Shown: positions 49,571-58,581, numbered from the stretch's first letter. The stretch: 64,000 nucleotides of DNA from an uncultured Candidatus Saccharibacteria bacterium (GCA_964421635.1 CAYQWZ010000006.1:165-64164), one strand, 5' to 3'. Numbers and translations are program-made. The notes: generated from the sequence alone by a model not told the origin.

Positions 49571-50128
49571 GTGCAAGATATTATAAAAAAAACAGAAGAG
49601 AATTTTAAAGAAACCCTACATTTTTTCGCCGATCGCCTAAAAACGGTGCGAACAGGAAGAGCTAATCCTCAGCTAGTTGAGAATATTAGTGTCAATTATT
49701 ACGGTCAACCAACGCCCCTTATGCACATGGCATCAATCTCTGTTCCCGAGCCAACCGTTATTGCTATTAAACCTTTTGACGCTAACGCTATGGACGACAT
49801 TGTACTAGCCCTAACCAATGCTAAAGATTTAGGATTAACTCCAAACAATGATGGGCAAGTGGTGCGACTTAAATTGCCAGACCTGACAGCTGAGCGCCGA
49901 GAACAGTTAAACAAACAACTGAATCAAATGGCTGAAGAGGCGCGCATTGCCATGAGAAATATTCGTGAAGATACTTGGAAATCCATTCAGCACAAACAAA
50001 AAAATGGTGACCTCACTGAAGATGATAGAGAAATGGGGCGCAAGAAGTTAGATGAGTTAATTGAGGTGTATAATCAAAAGGTAGCTGACCTCTTAGCTAC
50101 CAAAGAAAAAGAAATTTCAGATATATGA
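49571..50128 (+). CDS. frr: Ribosome recycling factor (GTG start)
   Basis: LKTVRTGRANPQLVENISVNYYG, ERREQL motif; 185 aa. Confidence 0.9.
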   Translation: MQDIIKKTEENFKETLHFFADRLKTVRTGRANPQLVENISVNYYGQPTPLMHMASISVPEPTVIAIKPFDANAMDDIVLALTNAKDLGLTPNNDGQVVRLKLPDLTAERREQLNKQLNQMAEEARIAMRNIREDTWKSIQHKQKNGDLTEDDREMGRKKLDELIEVYNQKVADLLATKEKEISDI

Positions 50129-50313
50129 GTTTATTTTGGCCGGCAGTAATATTTATTCTGGTTTTCGCCGTACTGTTTAAGTTGTTTAAAGGATTAGCAG
50201 TTTCACTTCTTTTGTTTTTGGTTATAGAGATAATTTTGATAATAATTAAGCCAGAAATTTTAACATTATTAGCAGATATTGCGGTTAAAGCGCGAGGTTT
50301 ACTGGGTTCATAA
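50125..50313 (+). CDS. Small membrane protein, hypothetical
   Basis: 62 aa with two hydrophobic helices; overlaps frr stop and rseP start. Confidence 0.3.
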   Translation: MSLFWPAVIFILVFAVLFKLFKGLAVSLLLFLVIEIILIIIKPEILTLLADIAVKARGLLGS

Positions 50314-51389
50314 TGTTGTTAAACATTTTAGTTTTTGTAGTGGTTTTAGGGGTCTTAATTCTGGTTCATGAATTAGGCCATTTTTTTGCGGCCAAAGCAG
50401 TGGGCATAAAAGTTGAAGAGTTCGGCGTTGGCTATTCTCCTAGACTTTGGTCGTTCAAAAAAAGCGATACGGTATACTCCCTAAACTGGATTCCCTTCGG
50501 TGGCTTTGTCAAATTGAAGGGAATGTTCGCGGAAGGCACTAGTAAAGCCAAAGACTCGTTCTCCGAAGCATCTGTTTGGGCGCGCATATTCGTGATAGTA
50601 GCGGGAGTATTAATGAATTTCGTGCTGGCTTGGGTATTGTTGTTTGGTGGTTATTTAATAGGATTTTCTCCAGCTACTCAAGATTTAGCTGCTTACCCAG
50701 GGGCAAAAGTGGTTAAAGAAGAGATTGTCATTGCTGGGCTACTAAAAGATTCAGCGGCTGCAGTTGCGGGCATAGAAGCTGGAGATATTGTACAAAGTGT
50801 CAATAATATACCAATTACTAAAATTGAAGATTTACAGCAAGCCACTAAGACGCAGGCAGGAGAAACTATTGAGCTTTCAGTAATTCGTTTAGGAGAGGAA
50901 AAAAAATATTCGATAGAGTTGGGGACGAATACTAATGCTCCGCTGGGTGTTGAGCTTTTTCCAACCAGTGTTATTAAACTGCCAATACTGCAAGCAGCCA
51001 AGGCGGCCACACTCGAAACATATGGCATTACCAAAGCCATATTTATAATTTTTGTAGATATTATTAAAGATGTTTTTTCAGAGGGTCAGGTACCAGAAGG
51101 CGTGTCGGGGCCAGTAGGAATTTATCAGGCGACAGCAGCAGCTACTCGAGTTGGCTTTTCGGCCATTATGTCTTTGGTCATAATCCTAACTCTAAACTTG
51201 GCCATTATTAATATTTTGCCGTTCCCGGCGCTCGACGGCGGATATCTTTTTTTCTTAACTTTGGAGGCAATATTTAGACGCAAGATTGTTAAAAATAAAA
51301 TTGAAGCTTATCTGACGACTTTCGGTTTTGTTTTTCTAATTCTGATTTTATTGATAATGACTTTTAGAGATTTTGCTAGATTTGGCTAA
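50313..51389 (+). CDS. rseP: RseP-type site-2 zinc metalloprotease with PDZ
   Basis: HELGHFFAAK (HExxH), PDZ, C-terminal LDGG motif. Confidence 0.85.
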   Translation: MLLNILVFVVVLGVLILVHELGHFFAAKAVGIKVEEFGVGYSPRLWSFKKSDTVYSLNWIPFGGFVKLKGMFAEGTSKAKDSFSEASVWARIFVIVAGVLMNFVLAWVLLFGGYLIGFSPATQDLAAYPGAKVVKEEIVIAGLLKDSAAAVAGIEAGDIVQSVNNIPITKIEDLQQATKTQAGETIELSVIRLGEEKKYSIELGTNTNAPLGVELFPTSVIKLPILQAAKAATLETYGITKAIFIIFVDIIKDVFSEGQVPEGVSGPVGIYQATAAATRVGFSAIMSLVIILTLNLAIINILPFPALDGGYLFFLTLEAIFRRKIVKNKIEAYLTTFGFVFLILILLIMTFRDFARFG

Positions 51390-51435
51390 CAGGCGGCGAA
51401 TTGTTAGTATGATAATAGATTGAAAAAAAGAAACT

Positions 51436-52863
51436 ATGAGCAAAAATAAAAAGAACATAACACCACAGACAGAGAGTTTTTCGAAGTGGTATCAAGATGT
51501 AGTACGAGAAGCAGATTTGGCCGAAAGTTCAGAAGTTAGAGGCAGTGGCATCGTCAAACCTTATGGTTTCAAAATCTGGAAATTAATAAAAAAACAATTG
51601 GAGAGTCAAATTGAAGCCACGGGCGCAGAAGATGTTTATTTCCCACTGTTAATTCCTATTGCTAATTTAGAGATTGAAAAGAAGCATATAGAAGGATTTT
51701 CCCCAGAATTGGCCGTTGTAACTCATGGTGGTGGAGAAGAGTTGACCAATAAATTAGCCATTAGACCAACCAGTGAGACAGCTATGTATACATCGTATGC
51801 TAAATGGATTCAAGGTTATTCAGACCTGCCTTTGCGTCTAAATCAATGGAATAATGTGATGCGATGGGAGAAACGACCACGAGCATTTTTACGCTGGAGT
51901 GAATTTTTATGGCAAGAAGGGCATTCCGCTTTTGCTACAAAAAAAGAAGCTATTGATGAAGTCTGGCAGATGATAGGTGAATACGAAAAGCTGTATAAAT
52001 ATTTAGCTATTCCTACATTTATTGGCACCAAGTCTGAAGCCGAAAAATTTGCCGGTGCTGAAATGACTGTTAGCGCAGAGGTGATGGCCAGAGATGGAAA
52101 AGCTATTCAGGCGGCGACTAGTCATTATTTGGGTACCAACTTTGCTAAAGCTTTTGGTATTAAATATTCAGACAAAGACGGGAAAAGCCAGTTCGTTCAT
52201 CAGAACAGTTGGGGTTTGTCTTGGCGCTCAGTGGGTGCGGTAATTATGGCTCACGGTGATGATAATGGATTACGCTTGCCACCAAATGTAGCCCCAATTC
52301 AGGTAGTAATTGTGCCTATAGTGAAGGACAATAACGCGGAAGAAATATTGAGTTACTGCCATAAACTCGATGTTCAGCTAAAAGCTTTCAGAACAAAAAT
52401 TGATGAGCGTACAGATTTGAACCCCGGTTTTAAATATAACTATTGGGAAGTAAAAGGTGTACCTGTTCGATTAGAGGTTGGCAGTAAAGAAGTTAAGACT
52501 AATGAAGTGTCAGTCTTTAGAAGAGATACAGCTGAGCGCCAAAATGTAGCAACATCAGAAATTTCGAGTACTGTTAAAAAAACCTTGGCTGATGTGCAAG
52601 ACAATTTGTATCAACAAGCTCAAGAGTTTGCCAGCAGCCACATTCATCGCATTGAAGATGTCTCAGAGATAAAAGAGCAAGTAGGTTTTTTTGAAGCTAG
52701 CTGGTGTGAATCAGAAGAGTCTGAAAAGATGTTGAAAGAGAAATATTCAATCACTTCACGAGTTTTACTAACAAAAGACAAAGAGAGCAAGCCTAAGAAT
52801 AAACAGTGTTTCATTACCAAAAAAGAGGCAAAACACGATTGGCTTTTTGCGCAGAGCTATTAA
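51436..52863 (+). CDS. proS: Prolyl-tRNA synthetase (archaeal/eukaryote-like class II form)
   Basis: FSKWYQDVVREADL start, class II motifs, C-terminal zinc-binding-like domain; 475 aa. Confidence 0.9.
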   Translation: MSKNKKNITPQTESFSKWYQDVVREADLAESSEVRGSGIVKPYGFKIWKLIKKQLESQIEATGAEDVYFPLLIPIANLEIEKKHIEGFSPELAVVTHGGGEELTNKLAIRPTSETAMYTSYAKWIQGYSDLPLRLNQWNNVMRWEKRPRAFLRWSEFLWQEGHSAFATKKEAIDEVWQMIGEYEKLYKYLAIPTFIGTKSEAEKFAGAEMTVSAEVMARDGKAIQAATSHYLGTNFAKAFGIKYSDKDGKSQFVHQNSWGLSWRSVGAVIMAHGDDNGLRLPPNVAPIQVVIVPIVKDNNAEEILSYCHKLDVQLKAFRTKIDERTDLNPGFKYNYWEVKGVPVRLEVGSKEVKTNEVSVFRRDTAERQNVATSEISSTVKKTLADVQDNLYQQAQEFASSHIHRIEDVSEIKEQVGFFEASWCESEESEKMLKEKYSITSRVLLTKDKESKPKNKQCFITKKEAKHDWLFAQSY

Positions 52864-52880
52864 GCCTTAAATAAAAAAGA

Positions 52881-52907
52881 GTCCCAGCGGCGCGCCGCCA
52901 CCGGGAC
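52881..52907. repeat. GC-rich palindromic hairpin (gtccc-agcggcgcgccgcca-ccgggac with internal 12-nt perfect palindrome gcggcgcgccgc); terminator on minus strand
   Basis: A-run immediately 5' on the plus strand (U-run after the hairpin on minus); starts a ~110-nt GC-rich stretch foreign to the AT-rich surroundings. Confidence 0.5.
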
Positions 52908-52980
52908 CCTGGGTCGTCGGCACGATTGGCACCAAGCATTATCTGTCGCCCGAGGAGGTGATCCCGCTTGGTAACCGTTG

Positions 52981-53072
52981 ATTATAGTATCATTAAAAGC
53001 TAAATTGTGTCAATGAGGTAGAAAGTTATTATGGTAATTGTTTTGTAATGATTATGTGTTATTATAGTGTCA
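52981..53072 (+). promoter_or_regulatory. Promoter/operator region of rSAM cluster: direct repeats ATTATAGT(A/G)TCA at 52981 and 53061, the second containing a TATAGT -10-like hexamer
   Basis: Two 12-nt near-identical copies 80 nt apart; the second lies ~20 nt upstream of the peptide ORF SD. Confidence 0.4.
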
Positions 53073-53091
53073 AATAATAGCTGGAGTTTGT

Positions 53092-53145
53092 ATGAAGATA
53101 GTAATAAAAAAGAACAGAGGGTGTTCTCTCTGTGTTCCAACATAG
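53092..53145 (+). CDS. Candidate RiPP precursor peptide (17 aa, two Cys), not in ORF track
   Basis: ATG preceded by CTGGAG SD at -8; translates to MKIVIKKNRGCSLCVPT; stop 27 nt before the rSAM gene SD. Confidence 0.4.
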   Translation: MKIVIKKNRGCSLCVPT

Positions 53146-53172
53146 CACCTTATTTATTAAGGACATTGTGAT

Positions 53173-54147
53173 ATGAGCGAATGTATTAATATCGCCAATC
53201 CTTATTATGTTCAATTACATCTGTTAGCAGATTGTATTTTTAATTGTTCGTACTGTTATTTAAAGGGATATGATAGAAAAAGCATGCTTTCAAAAAAACA
53301 AATTAATACCTTTCTTAACAAATTTAACAACTACTACCAGGACTTTGGTCTCAGAGTACACATAAATTTGACAGGTGGTGACATATGGCTATATGAAGGT
53401 ATTAGCGAAATATTCTTTTTACTAAAAAAACACAAAGTTGTTCAAGATTTTAGTTTGTTGCTCAATAGTCTATGGCATGAAGATTCTTATAAAATTATCA
53501 AAGACAATAAAAATAGCATATCACTTGTACAGCTAAATATAGATGCGATAAATAATAGAGATAAGGACATTCAATTTTTAAGTAAAGAAAAAATTAGATT
53601 TGTTATTAAAATTCTTCTATCAAATAATGAGCATTATTATATAAAACAACTTAATATTCTTCGCAAATTATTAAGAAAATATCCAGATTTATTAGTTTCT
53701 ATTGATAGAATTTGTCCCACCAATCAGTCTAACAAAAAAATGAGACTTTCAGTAAAAAATTTAAAAAAGAAATTATTGGAGATACGATCAATTGCAAATA
53801 ATGTATTAATCGTTGATGATCCTTTAGTTTCTGCTTTTTTTAATAAAGCAAAATCAGAATCGGAAAAAGGATTTTGGAATGGATGTGTAATCCCAAGCGG
53901 TGGCTTAGCTGTATATCCTAATGGGGAAGTAAAACTCTGTGCACGAATACCCAATTATACTACAGGTTTTACAATAAACAATTTCACTTTAGAACATTAC
54001 ATAGATAGTTTTAGTGAGATTAGAAATCAGCAAATGAAAAATTGTAATAAATGTCCAATATCTGCGCAGTGTCAGGGTGGTTGTCCAGCTACATCTTTTA
54101 TTGACAAAAATATTATTACAAAAGATCATCAATGTTTATATGAGTAA
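53173..54147 (+). CDS. Radical SAM enzyme with C-terminal SPASM domain (peptide-modifying maturase candidate)
   Basis: CIFNCSYC (CX3CX2C) near N-terminus, NLTGGDIW glycine-rich SAM motif, C-terminal CNKCPISAQCQGGC (CX2CX5CX3C) plus additional Cys; AT-rich. Confidence 0.8.
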   Translation: MSECINIANPYYVQLHLLADCIFNCSYCYLKGYDRKSMLSKKQINTFLNKFNNYYQDFGLRVHINLTGGDIWLYEGISEIFFLLKKHKVVQDFSLLLNSLWHEDSYKIIKDNKNSISLVQLNIDAINNRDKDIQFLSKEKIRFVIKILLSNNEHYYIKQLNILRKLLRKYPDLLVSIDRICPTNQSNKKMRLSVKNLKKKLLEIRSIANNVLIVDDPLVSAFFNKAKSESEKGFWNGCVIPSGGLAVYPNGEVKLCARIPNYTTGFTINNFTLEHYIDSFSEIRNQQMKNCNKCPISAQCQGGCPATSFIDKNIITKDHQCLYE

Positions 54148-55069
54148 TGAAAATGAAAGGACCAATGAAAACTTGCCTGAAGAAAATAGGTTTGAAGCTA
54201 CAAGGGTAACTTCTTCAGCTGATTTATTGAGAGCAGATTTTCTTTCTGACCAATTAGTTTCATTTCTTACAAATACCACAAAAAGATATTCTCTTTCTGT
54301 GGCTGACATTGAATTAGTGATGGATCTATTATATAGACCTGGTACAGAGGTCAATCGGGAGATTGTTCTTGCACTATCAAAAGTGCTTGAATATAGAGAT
54401 GATTTTTCACCGGAGGGAATGGACCAAGACTATTTAGCAAATTTGCATTTGAATAGAAAATTTAGATATCGTCCTCATTATTATCATTTTAGACAACACT
54501 CAGCTTACACATGTGGTATAGTTTGTTATCTAATGGCTGCGAATGTTCATACATCAGAATTAGTGCCATCAAAGCGTCAAGAAAGAACTCTTTATAATGA
54601 ATTAGCCGATGAAGAAGGTCTTGTATCTACGATTGCTCTAATGAGAGATGCTGCGTCGAGAGGCTTATACGTTCGAGCGTGTTCTGATAATAATTATTTA
54701 GATATTGAAATGGATGATGAAAGGGCAGAATCTCTGAGAAGATCATTTGTCGCTTTATTAGAATCACCAGATGGTCAATCTTTCGTTCGGTATTCTCCTT
54801 CTGTAGATCTTAATGCTGATTATATTCGCGATCAACTGTATCGAGGCGAGATGATGTTAATGAATGGCACAGTTGGTGGAAATATTCCTCATATGAGACT
54901 TGTCGGCGGTTATCATGGTGAATCGATGTTAGTATCAGATCCCTTAGAAAATCGAATACAGCCTCAACAAACGGAAATTTTAGAAGCAAATATTCAAGCT
55001 CCATTGGGAAAATTCGGCTTTAGTGTCTCAAGCAAACCTTTCAATTTTTATGGAGATCAAGAAATATGA
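54140..55069 (+). CDS. Protein with C39-like papain-fold cysteine peptidase domain (putative leader peptidase) plus unknown N-terminal region
   Basis: Start ATG 54140 (ATGAGTAA overlap with rSAM stop). RQHSAYTCGIVCYLMAAN (Q-x5-C-G..C..M, as at the C39 active-site Cys) and HMRLVGGYHGESMLVSDP (His/Asp region like HxVVL....VxxxDP). Confidence 0.5.
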   Translation: MSNENERTNENLPEENRFEATRVTSSADLLRADFLSDQLVSFLTNTTKRYSLSVADIELVMDLLYRPGTEVNREIVLALSKVLEYRDDFSPEGMDQDYLANLHLNRKFRYRPHYYHFRQHSAYTCGIVCYLMAANVHTSELVPSKRQERTLYNELADEEGLVSTIALMRDAASRGLYVRACSDNNYLDIEMDDERAESLRRSFVALLESPDGQSFVRYSPSVDLNADYIRDQLYRGEMMLMNGTVGGNIPHMRLVGGYHGESMLVSDPLENRIQPQQTEILEANIQAPLGKFGFSVSSKPFNFYGDQEI

Positions 55070-56130
55070 GTGAATACTTAAGGGCAAATGTTGCCGAAGT
55101 ATTTACTGGTGAAGAAGAGGTATCTTCAATGGACAACGAAAATCTGACCATTACCGAATCACATGGGCTAGATTTTGATTTTGGGCATCTGGGATCAAAT
55201 GTATTACAAGTTATGAGTGGTCTTAATATTCGATATGACTATTTAAACCCAGAACTAGAATTAACACTTGGTCAGATACAAGAAGAAATAGTATTCCCGA
55301 TATTACAAGAAAGAATTAGAAACAAGGAAAATCCTTTAGTATTGAAAGAACAAATTGATGCAGTCGCAGCAGTATTAGATCCACGATTAATGCCCGCAAG
55401 TTCTTTTGTTGAATTAATGCATTCTGTCTATCGAAGAAAAATAGTAAATCAACAACAAATGAGTTTATTGTTAAGCGGGTGCATTGACAATGCCTTTGAT
55501 GAAGATCAACTTCAAAGAGCAGGAGACCTCTTAGCTGAATCTGAAAGTGTTGAGCCATATTTTTTTGCTATTTCACAAAGAATGAAGGATTTTATTGATT
55601 TTGCTCTAAATAATATTTCTGAGAGATATCAATTGTATGAAGAAGATGAGCTGCTTCTTTCTTCTCCTGCTCAGGCTTCTTTTTACACGCTTAGAATGTT
55701 GGATCATAGAGAAGCAGTACTTGTTAGTAGAGGGTTAATGGTTGGCACAGAATTATCGGTCGAAGATCATGTTGAAATATTGGCCAATCGTTATTATAAC
55801 GGGTCATTATCTAGGGCAAGAAAAGCAATTGAAAATGAAAGGGATATCAATGTTAATGTAGTCGGTTTTGAAGCAATGAAGGAAGGGGTACATCAGTGGT
55901 GGTTAAGAAAATTTTATTACTTACAGTCTAGAAAATTGTATGGTGCATTAGATGTTGACGAATTATTATTTTTCGATAATACTGTTGACAAATTTTTTCA
56001 GTCGAAGAATTGTCTTATGCATGATATTTTTTTAAGGGCAAAAATGGAAGAGATACCCAAAAAAAACTGGTCTCAATGTGATACTGCTGAAATGAGAGAA
56101 AAAGTTCGTAATGTTATCAATAATTTGTAA
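55066..56130 (+). CDS. Hypothetical protein (354 aa), no recognisable domain; part of rSAM cluster
   Basis: ATGA overlap with upstream gene; same low GC as cluster. Confidence 0.45.
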   Translation: MSEYLRANVAEVFTGEEEVSSMDNENLTITESHGLDFDFGHLGSNVLQVMSGLNIRYDYLNPELELTLGQIQEEIVFPILQERIRNKENPLVLKEQIDAVAAVLDPRLMPASSFVELMHSVYRRKIVNQQQMSLLLSGCIDNAFDEDQLQRAGDLLAESESVEPYFFAISQRMKDFIDFALNNISERYQLYEEDELLLSSPAQASFYTLRMLDHREAVLVSRGLMVGTELSVEDHVEILANRYYNGSLSRARKAIENERDINVNVVGFEAMKEGVHQWWLRKFYYLQSRKLYGALDVDELLFFDNTVDKFFQSKNCLMHDIFLRAKMEEIPKKNWSQCDTAEMREKVRNVINNL

Positions 56131-56196
56131 TAGCATTAAAAACTTGACAATTACTCAATAATCCGTTTTAGTTACCTAAAATAAGCAAATATCACG

Positions 56197-56865
56197 ATGA
56201 CAGCCTTAGTTGTTGAAGACGACAGAGATATCGCTACATTTATTGAGAAGGGGTTGAAGTTAGAAGGATTTGTTACGCAGCTAGCTTTCGATGGTGAAGA
56301 GGCGTTGGACTTAATTGAAAGTAACGATTACGACATAGTAATTTTAGATTTAATGCTGCCTAAACTTAAGGGAGAGAAGGTGCTAAGCACTGTTAGAGAG
56401 GCAGGTATTAATGTTCCAATAATTGTGCTAACAGCCAAGACAGAGACTAATTCAAAAGTTAATGCCCTAGACCAAGGGGCCGACGATTATCTAACTAAGC
56501 CTTTTGCTTTTGAAGAATTAATGGCGCGCATTCGAGCTCTGACTCGTCGCGGCAATCAGCTACAACCAAACATTTTACAGGTAGGTGAGTTAGAGCTTAA
56601 TCCGGCGACGCGAGAAGTGAAGCGGGCAGGAAAAATTTTAGAGCTGACCAAAAAAGAGTACGCCATAGTGGAGTTATTGATGCGAAATACTGAGCGAGTT
56701 TGTACCCGTAGCATGATAGGTGAGCATGTTTGGGGTTTTGAATTCGATATGATGAGCAATGTGATAGATGTGCATATCGCTCGTTTGCGTCGTAAGGTTG
56801 ATAAAGGATTTTCAAAAAAAATGGTTCGTACTATTCGTGATGTCGGATACCGATTGCAGGTCTAA
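56197..56865 (+). CDS. OmpR/PhoB-family response regulator (orphan)
   Basis: LVVEDDRDI, DLMLPKLKG, VRTIRDVGYRL; TTGACA -35-like hexamer 17 nt from TTTAGT upstream. Confidence 0.85.
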   Translation: MTALVVEDDRDIATFIEKGLKLEGFVTQLAFDGEEALDLIESNDYDIVILDLMLPKLKGEKVLSTVREAGINVPIIVLTAKTETNSKVNALDQGADDYLTKPFAFEELMARIRALTRRGNQLQPNILQVGELELNPATREVKRAGKILELTKKEYAIVELLMRNTERVCTRSMIGEHVWGFEFDMMSNVIDVHIARLRRKVDKGFSKKMVRTIRDVGYRLQV

Positions 56866-57182
56866 CTGTATTACCTACTAAACTAGTTGGTCAATGTCAT
56901 CTGGTTGTAATTTATTTTTGTCATAATGTATTTAATGATGACTAGACTCCGGGGCGCAAAAGCTGCCAGCAAGCCAAAAGGTCCCGAAGACAAAAAGATT
57001 CATGACCTCAAGGGTCTGAAAATGCGCAAAGGGGAAAAAAGACGAAAGGATTATTTTCCCCAGTATAGAGGTGGTTGAAACCATCTTGTAAGCTGACCAG
57101 GCAATAATGAAAATTAATCTGTTTGCCTGGCAGTTTATTTGTTCTATTAACAAATCCTCTAATCTGTGAGAAGTTGCTTTTA

Positions 57183-58556
57183 ATGCTCAAGAAAGATTTA
57201 GCTAAATTTGTCAAGCCCCTATCTTCGAATCCTGGTGTTTATATTTTTAGAAATAAAGCGGGTAAAGTTTTGTATGTGGGAAAAGCGGTCAAATTAAAGG
57301 AGCGAGTAAAAAGCTACGCTGACCCCAAAGAGCGAGGGCCAAAAATTTTGAGAATGATGCAACAGGCCAGTACTGTGAAGGTGGAAGAGACAGATTCAGA
57401 GATCGAAGCTATTATTTTAGAGGCCAATATTATTCGGAAACTTAAGCCGCCGTATAATACTTTAGGAAAAGATGATAAAAGCGCCAATTATATAAAAATT
57501 ACTTGGAGCGAAGAGTATCCTCGGGTACAGCTATTGCGGGGGAGAGTAATAGAGTCGGGACAAGATAAGAAGACAAACGAGAAAAGCAAAAAACAAGATA
57601 AAATCTTTGGCCCATATGTAGCTATTGGTATGTGTGATGTTTTGCGTATTATTCGTAAAATTTGGCCTCACCGCGACTGTGGCCAATCGAAATTTAATTC
57701 TTATAAAAAGCTCCGCCGCGGCTGTCTGTTTGCCCAAATTGGTCTTTGCGATGCGCCTTGCATTGAGAATATTTCAGCTAAAGAATATCGCCAGCAGATA
57801 AAACAGATTGTAGATTTTCTATCTGGCAAAAAAGTTAAAGTAATTGAAGCTATGAAGCGCGATATGGAAGCGGCTGCAATGCTTGAACGGTACGAAAAGG
57901 CGGCCAAGCTGCGCGATCGCGTTTCTGCACTCGAGCATTTGAAAGAATTTGTCGGGCGAGGAATCTTGCGAGGATTTGAAGAGAATAAAGAAAAAATTCG
58001 ACAAGGCATTAAAGTCGAAGCTTATGATATTAGTAATATGCAGGGCGATTACGCGGTAGGAGTAATGGTCAGCGCATCTATTATTTCGCAGGAAGATAAA
58101 ATTATGCCAGCCGATGTGGTCTTTACTAAAGAGAATTATAAAAAATTCAAAATTAAAACTGTTAAAGGGACCAACGATGTAGCTATGTTAGATGAAGTTT
58201 TGCGGCGGCGCTTCTCTCGGGCACGAGTCAGTCGCGCCGCCGCTTTAGGGGCAGAGCGCGGAATGGGTGAGTGGGAATTACCAGACTTAATTATTTTAGA
58301 TGGGGGCGAAGGACAGCTGTCGCGGGTTAGGGCGACGGCTAAAGGAATGGGTATAAAAGTGCCAATAATCGCTGTTTCAAAAGGCCAAACTCGCAAGCGA
58401 GTAGATTTACATATGCGAGCGCAAGATAAAATTAAGATAAAATATTCCAATCGACAGTTGAAAAAAATTGCTCTTACTATGCGAGAAGAGGCTCACCGAT
58501 TTGCAATCTCATATTATAGAAAAACGCATCGGCGTAGTTTACGCTCTTCATTTTAG
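57183..58556 (+). CDS. uvrC: Excinuclease ABC subunit C (short UvrC)
   Basis: GIY-YIG (PGVYIFRNKAGKVLYVGKA...YNT), Cys cluster CLFAQIGLCDAPC, UvrB-interaction helix, PDLIILDGGEGQL endonuclease region; ORF-track start 57123, first ATG 57183. Confidence 0.8.
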   Translation: MLKKDLAKFVKPLSSNPGVYIFRNKAGKVLYVGKAVKLKERVKSYADPKERGPKILRMMQQASTVKVEETDSEIEAIILEANIIRKLKPPYNTLGKDDKSANYIKITWSEEYPRVQLLRGRVIESGQDKKTNEKSKKQDKIFGPYVAIGMCDVLRIIRKIWPHRDCGQSKFNSYKKLRRGCLFAQIGLCDAPCIENISAKEYRQQIKQIVDFLSGKKVKVIEAMKRDMEAAAMLERYEKAAKLRDRVSALEHLKEFVGRGILRGFEENKEKIRQGIKVEAYDISNMQGDYAVGVMVSASIISQEDKIMPADVVFTKENYKKFKIKTVKGTNDVAMLDEVLRRRFSRARVSRAAALGAERGMGEWELPDLIILDGGEGQLSRVRATAKGMGIKVPIIAVSKGQTRKRVDLHMRAQDKIKIKYSNRQLKKIALTMREEAHRFAISYYRKTHRRSLRSSF

Positions 58557-58581
58557 GCGCCAACTCTTCTAATATAGAAGT

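Noticed and set aside
39922-54147. Identical ATGAGTAA stop/start overlap used at both PPIase-gatB and rSAM-peptidase junctions
   Set aside because: This is a common translational-coupling arrangement and probably coincidental rather than a repeat element.
56932-57214. Minus-strand ORFs 56932..57153 and 57008..57214 in the regulator-uvrC spacer
   Set aside because: They are short, overlap each other, have no SD, and cover a region dominated by hairpins, which is more plausibly non-coding.
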